A model generated the notes under the pieces. That model saw nothing but the letters and a program-made list of their open reading frames with translations, ran no database searches and was not told the DNA's origin. A program made the position numbers and the translations under genes. Below, piece after piece: positions 43,874 through 47,371 of a stretch of 47,371 nucleotides of DNA; the stretch's first letter is position 1, and each line of letters starts with the position of its first letter. The DNA comes from Candidatus Woesebacteria bacterium (GTDB lineage: Bacteria > Patescibacteriota > Microgenomatia > UBA8517), in assembly GCA_020061305.1 (NCBI GenBank), contig JAGUYM010000014.1, forward strand, positions 1 to 47,371. Direction: 5' to 3'.

Positions 43874-46462
43874 ATGAAATTTCTGTCTAAATTTACATAT
43901 CTTCTTCTAATTTTTAGTTTTTTTTCTTTATTTATCACCTACTACCTATTACATACTACTGTTGTTCGTGCACAAGTGCCTGGACTCTTAATCCCATGTG
44001 ACGAAACAAGAGAAAACGAATTTCATACATTAAGACCATATCAAGCTTCTCCCTGTGGGCAATATCCGCCACAAGCACTTTTTTGCAGTAATAAATTAAT
44101 AATTTTTGAGAATTTTCAACTTAACAAAGAACATGTATGCCTAGAGTTGCGTCGTAAACAAACAGGAAATTTTGATTGCCCTGTTAATTACCAAGTAGAA
44201 GAACACGATTTGAACATAACTCTTGATGAATCTGAACTACCAATAATGGGAAATACTGAAGACGAATTTGATGATGCCACAAAACTGAATGAATACGCAA
44301 GCTGGTATCTTTCGGGGGTCAATAGAGTTGGTTCAACTGGTGAAACAACCGACGATAGAACAGTAAATCTTTCAGGACCATTAAACAAACTCCTTCCTCA
44401 AATGGTACAAGAAGCAGTAAGAGTTGAAACAATCAAAAAAGCAACAAGTCCAACAGATGTTTCAATTGTTGATGACAATGAAAGACCGGGGGTCATAAAC
44501 ACCACAGAAATGCATGATCAAATTGCAGTTTGTGGTAATGAATTTAAACTCTTTGGCATTGTTATTGGCCAAACCAAACCTACTGAATGTTATTCAGGGA
44601 ATGAAAAAATAAGAATCAGTGAGTGGTCAAAAGATTTGTCAATTTTTAATGGTTTTTTTAATAATGTTTTTAGAACAAACGCATGGAACAAAAGATATCC
44701 TCCGCTTCCTTGGGCAGATGAAAACGGTCAACCATTTGAAACACAACAAGCTTATCAAAAAGCCTACCGTGAGTGGAGAGGTGAGTCTTGCGCAAATATT
44801 CCAGGAATTGATCTTACTTTGTGTATAGATAATCCATTTGTACCCAACAAATGGGCAACACTCTACCCCTACATTCCACTTGCCAGTAGTGATGATTCCG
44901 AAGGGAAAAACTATTTGTTAACAGGCGACGGGCCAAATTATGTGCCGACTCCGCCCACAGAGATTGAAAATGCACAAAACAAAGACCCCAAAAATGCTAT
45001 TTTATATTTTTCTCACATGCAGGAAGTGGCAAGTTTGTCTGGATTGTTAAATAAAACATATTGGCCACAAGGTTATGTGAGTGAAAAGTTGCCCGAAACA
45101 ACAGAAAAATTAAAAAAGGGCATCGCAGAAGCCTCGCCTAAACCTAATAACACTCTCGCTTCACGCGATCCCTATGCAGAACTTGACTGTTCTGCTGTAA
45201 ATGTCAGAGTTAATGAGGGTGATAATTTATTCCCAGGTGAAAAACCAAGCGGAAAAGAGATTTTTGTTGAAAAAGTTAAATATTTAATTACAAATGTTGA
45301 ATGTCACGAAGTATATGAACCACCAACCAAATTTGGATGTGGCCCATATGAAGCAGATCCTTGTCCACAAGTATGGACGCTGGATTGTCCTGCTCAAGTT
45401 GGAATTGAATTTAAAACAGGAACAAAAACTCCATATGCAGATGAAATTTTTTCCCAAACAGTTGCGGATTCTGGAGCTACTTTTAGAAAAATATTTCCAA
45501 AAGTAGAAAAGGGAGCTCCTGTTGAATGTGTTGCAGATATTCCAACAGTTTCAAATGTAACTTACAGTATTGATAATCCATTGCACCAATCTCCTCCTGG
45601 TGGAGAACAAGAATTCAAACAAGTTGTTTACCCTGCTGACGGGGCAAATAGTGAAACCCAGCTCACATTCCCCCACATAGGCTCTGTCTATGAATATTTC
45701 TTAAAAGGTATTCAAACTGCCCTCAGGCCTAAAGGCTACGGCGAACCAATTGCAAATGGAAATTGTAAACCCTCAGAACCAGTTGAATGTGGCGAATGGG
45801 AAGAAAAACTTGAAAAAAGTAGCGGTGGAGATTGTGGAGTTTGTACATCCGAACTCGGGGATCTAGCAAAAAGGATACTAGCAACCGCAGGCAAGGCCTA
45901 TAATGTTCCCGCGGCTGTGATTTGGGCTACAATGAAACACGAGGGTGCCGACGGCTATCAAGGAACCACCTATGACTTCTCTGATGAAAATGTTAGAAAA
46001 TGGAGCAACTCTGAAGAATGTGGTGGCGAACCCATGCCGGCCTGTGATAATTCCATTCAAGAAACGCAACCACCCTTTGGTTTCTTAATGAATTGGTTCT
46101 ATAATGATGCGGGGAATGATACCCCATGGTCGTCTGTACAAAAGATTGACCCGTCAAGAAATTCCAAAGACAAAGTTTCACGATGTAACTTTTTAGACGC
46201 GGCATTTGCCGCTGCAAATGTACTGTCTCAAACATCAGCAATCTATGCAAACGGTGTTATGTCGTGCGGGACAGACACCAATGGCAACCCCTACACTTTT
46301 GATAACACAAGACCTGGTACTTGCTCGCCTTCATACTGGAACGACAATCATGTAGCGCAAAGCTTGACAACATATGTAGGATACTGTGTTGACGATGACC
46401 CAAACAGACTCTACACAACACAACAGGCAGTTGGTTGGTTCAAAGATGCAAAGTGTAATTAA
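43874..46462 (+). CDS. Large secreted Cys/Pro-rich protein with C-terminal lysozyme-like (lytic transglycosylase) domain
   Basis: Signal peptide; many Cys; AGKAYNVPAAVIWATMKHEG (catalytic Glu helix) and NFLDAAFAAANVL. Confidence 0.7.
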   Translation: MKFLSKFTYLLLIFSFFSLFITYYLLHTTVVRAQVPGLLIPCDETRENEFHTLRPYQASPCGQYPPQALFCSNKLIIFENFQLNKEHVCLELRRKQTGNFDCPVNYQVEEHDLNITLDESELPIMGNTEDEFDDATKLNEYASWYLSGVNRVGSTGETTDDRTVNLSGPLNKLLPQMVQEAVRVETIKKATSPTDVSIVDDNERPGVINTTEMHDQIAVCGNEFKLFGIVIGQTKPTECYSGNEKIRISEWSKDLSIFNGFFNNVFRTNAWNKRYPPLPWADENGQPFETQQAYQKAYREWRGESCANIPGIDLTLCIDNPFVPNKWATLYPYIPLASSDDSEGKNYLLTGDGPNYVPTPPTEIENAQNKDPKNAILYFSHMQEVASLSGLLNKTYWPQGYVSEKLPETTEKLKKGIAEASPKPNNTLASRDPYAELDCSAVNVRVNEGDNLFPGEKPSGKEIFVEKVKYLITNVECHEVYEPPTKFGCGPYEADPCPQVWTLDCPAQVGIEFKTGTKTPYADEIFSQTVADSGATFRKIFPKVEKGAPVECVADIPTVSNVTYSIDNPLHQSPPGGEQEFKQVVYPADGANSETQLTFPHIGSVYEYFLKGIQTALRPKGYGEPIANGNCKPSEPVECGEWEEKLEKSSGGDCGVCTSELGDLAKRILATAGKAYNVPAAVIWATMKHEGADGYQGTTYDFSDENVRKWSNSEECGGEPMPACDNSIQETQPPFGFLMNWFYNDAGNDTPWSSVQKIDPSRNSKDKVSRCNFLDAAFAAANVLSQTSAIYANGVMSCGTDTNGNPYTFDNTRPGTCSPSYWNDNHVAQSLTTYVGYCVDDDPNRLYTTQQAVGWFKDAKCN

Positions 46463-46492
46463 TTGAGATAATACCTCCCCCCACTTTCTATT

Positions 46493-47371
46493 TTATTTAA
46501 TTGAATTTTTGATTACTTCAAAATAGTTAGAAGAATTTATAACATCAAATTCATGCTTGATTGGAAAAATATCTTTACTTTTTTCATTATTAGATTTTAT
46601 TTCTAATGTTTTATATTGCTTTTTATAATCTTCTAAAACTAAATCAACTTCTAATCCCCCATACTCTCTATAAAAATATATTGACTGCTTAGCTTTTAGA
46701 TTTCTTTTTTGTTTTTCAATTTCTGAAACAATAAAATTCTCAAAAACACCACCTTTATCTGGCCTTAAATCCAATTCTCTAAAATCACGAACAAGTACAT
46801 TTCTTATACCTAGATCATAAAAAAAGAACTTCCTATTTTCTGATACGGCCCTTCTTAGGTTGGTTTTAAAGGATGGTAATGGAATAAGGATGTAATTTTT
46901 GATAAAAATTTCTATATAATTTGATACTGTTGATACTGTGGCTTTTAAGTCATTAGCAATCTCTCTAACTGAAACTTCCGAACCAATTTGAAGTGCAATT
47001 TTTGTTAGAATATCTTTAGCCAGCTTTTCATTTTTCAAGTCATATATATCTATAACATCCTTTAGAACATATTTATCAAAAATATCTTGCAACAAATCAA
47101 TCCTTTCTGATTCTGACAGATTTGTACTTAAATATACTTCGGGATAACTACCAAATATTTGCAAATCATTTTGCATTTGTTTTATAAAACTATTTTCCTC
47201 TATTGACTTAACTCTCGAATTTTCAAATATTTCATATACCGATAGCGGTAAACAATAATATTCGACTGATCTTCCTGCTAAGGTGTCAAAATCTTTTGTT
47301 TTTTGCCTTAACTCACTACTTCCCGTTGCAATTATTTTAACTTTAAATTCATCATGTAATATCTTTAGCGC
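46493..47371 (-). CDS. AAA_14 ATPase with DUF4143 domain (5' truncated by window edge)
   Basis: Frame open to the window end (IIATGSS, LAGR); GSYPE, KFFFYDLGIRN, FENFI, EVDLV, LEIKS. Confidence 0.9.
   Translation of the reverse strand, partial: ALKILHDEFKVKIIATGSSELRQKTKDFDTLAGRSVEYYCLPLSVYEIFENSRVKSIEENSFIKQMQNDLQIFGSYPEVYLSTNLSESERIDLLQDIFDKYVLKDVIDIYDLKNEKLAKDILTKIALQIGSEVSVREIANDLKATVSTVSNYIEIFIKNYILIPLPSFKTNLRRAVSENRKFFFYDLGIRNVLVRDFRELDLRPDKGGVFENFIVSEIEKQKRNLKAKQSIYFYREYGGLEVDLVLEDYKKQYKTLEIKSNNEKSKDIFPIKHEFDVINSSNYFEVIKNSIK

Noticed and set aside
1-47371. CRISPR array, cas genes, rRNA, reverse transcriptase, IS transposase
   Set aside because: No regularly spaced repeats or diagnostic motifs were seen by eye or in the ORF track.

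Overview
This is an AT-rich bacterial chromosome segment, most likely from Patescibacteria/CPR (Microgenomates-like). That assignment is inferred from the VirB2-like pilin array, the DUF5659/DUF5657-type small genes, the short RpoD and tRNA-Arg(GCG). Left part: an ABC exporter and tRNA-Asn, then what appears to be a tandem stack of large-serine-recombinase (LSR) islands inserted at the tRNA CCA end. The newest island (about 1959-15798, intact LSR) carries a satellite-like core, a candidate highly structured ncRNA, an OLD-type nuclease, and an HTH-HEPN-type III R-M operon. Older decayed islands follow. Middle: an ECF sigma module, a beta-CASP RNase, rpoD-dnaG, a Fur/Zur-ZIP metal operon, and a second tRNA-Ser-anchored island with a C-protein-controlled R-M system plus a trypsin-like protease. 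Right part: all four tRNA-Ser isoacceptors, tRNA-Arg(GCG), comF, tmRNA-smpB, a SpoIID-type hydrolase, eight tandem VirB2-like pilins, a large lytic-transglycosylase-like protein and a truncated AAA ATPase. The most striking observations are these. (1) The att crossover lies inside the LSR reading frame, at a Trp codon that is the reverse complement of the tRNA CCA. Excision would therefore graft on a conserved W-L-x-x-W-x-x-[FI]-R-T tail, whose DNA carries a tRNA T-loop mimic shifted by 5 bp; this is seen at two independent tRNAs. (2) An unassigned RNA of about 130 nt has three GNRA loops, a tetraloop receptor and a 13-bp pseudoknot. All calls come from manual reading; no database searches were run.
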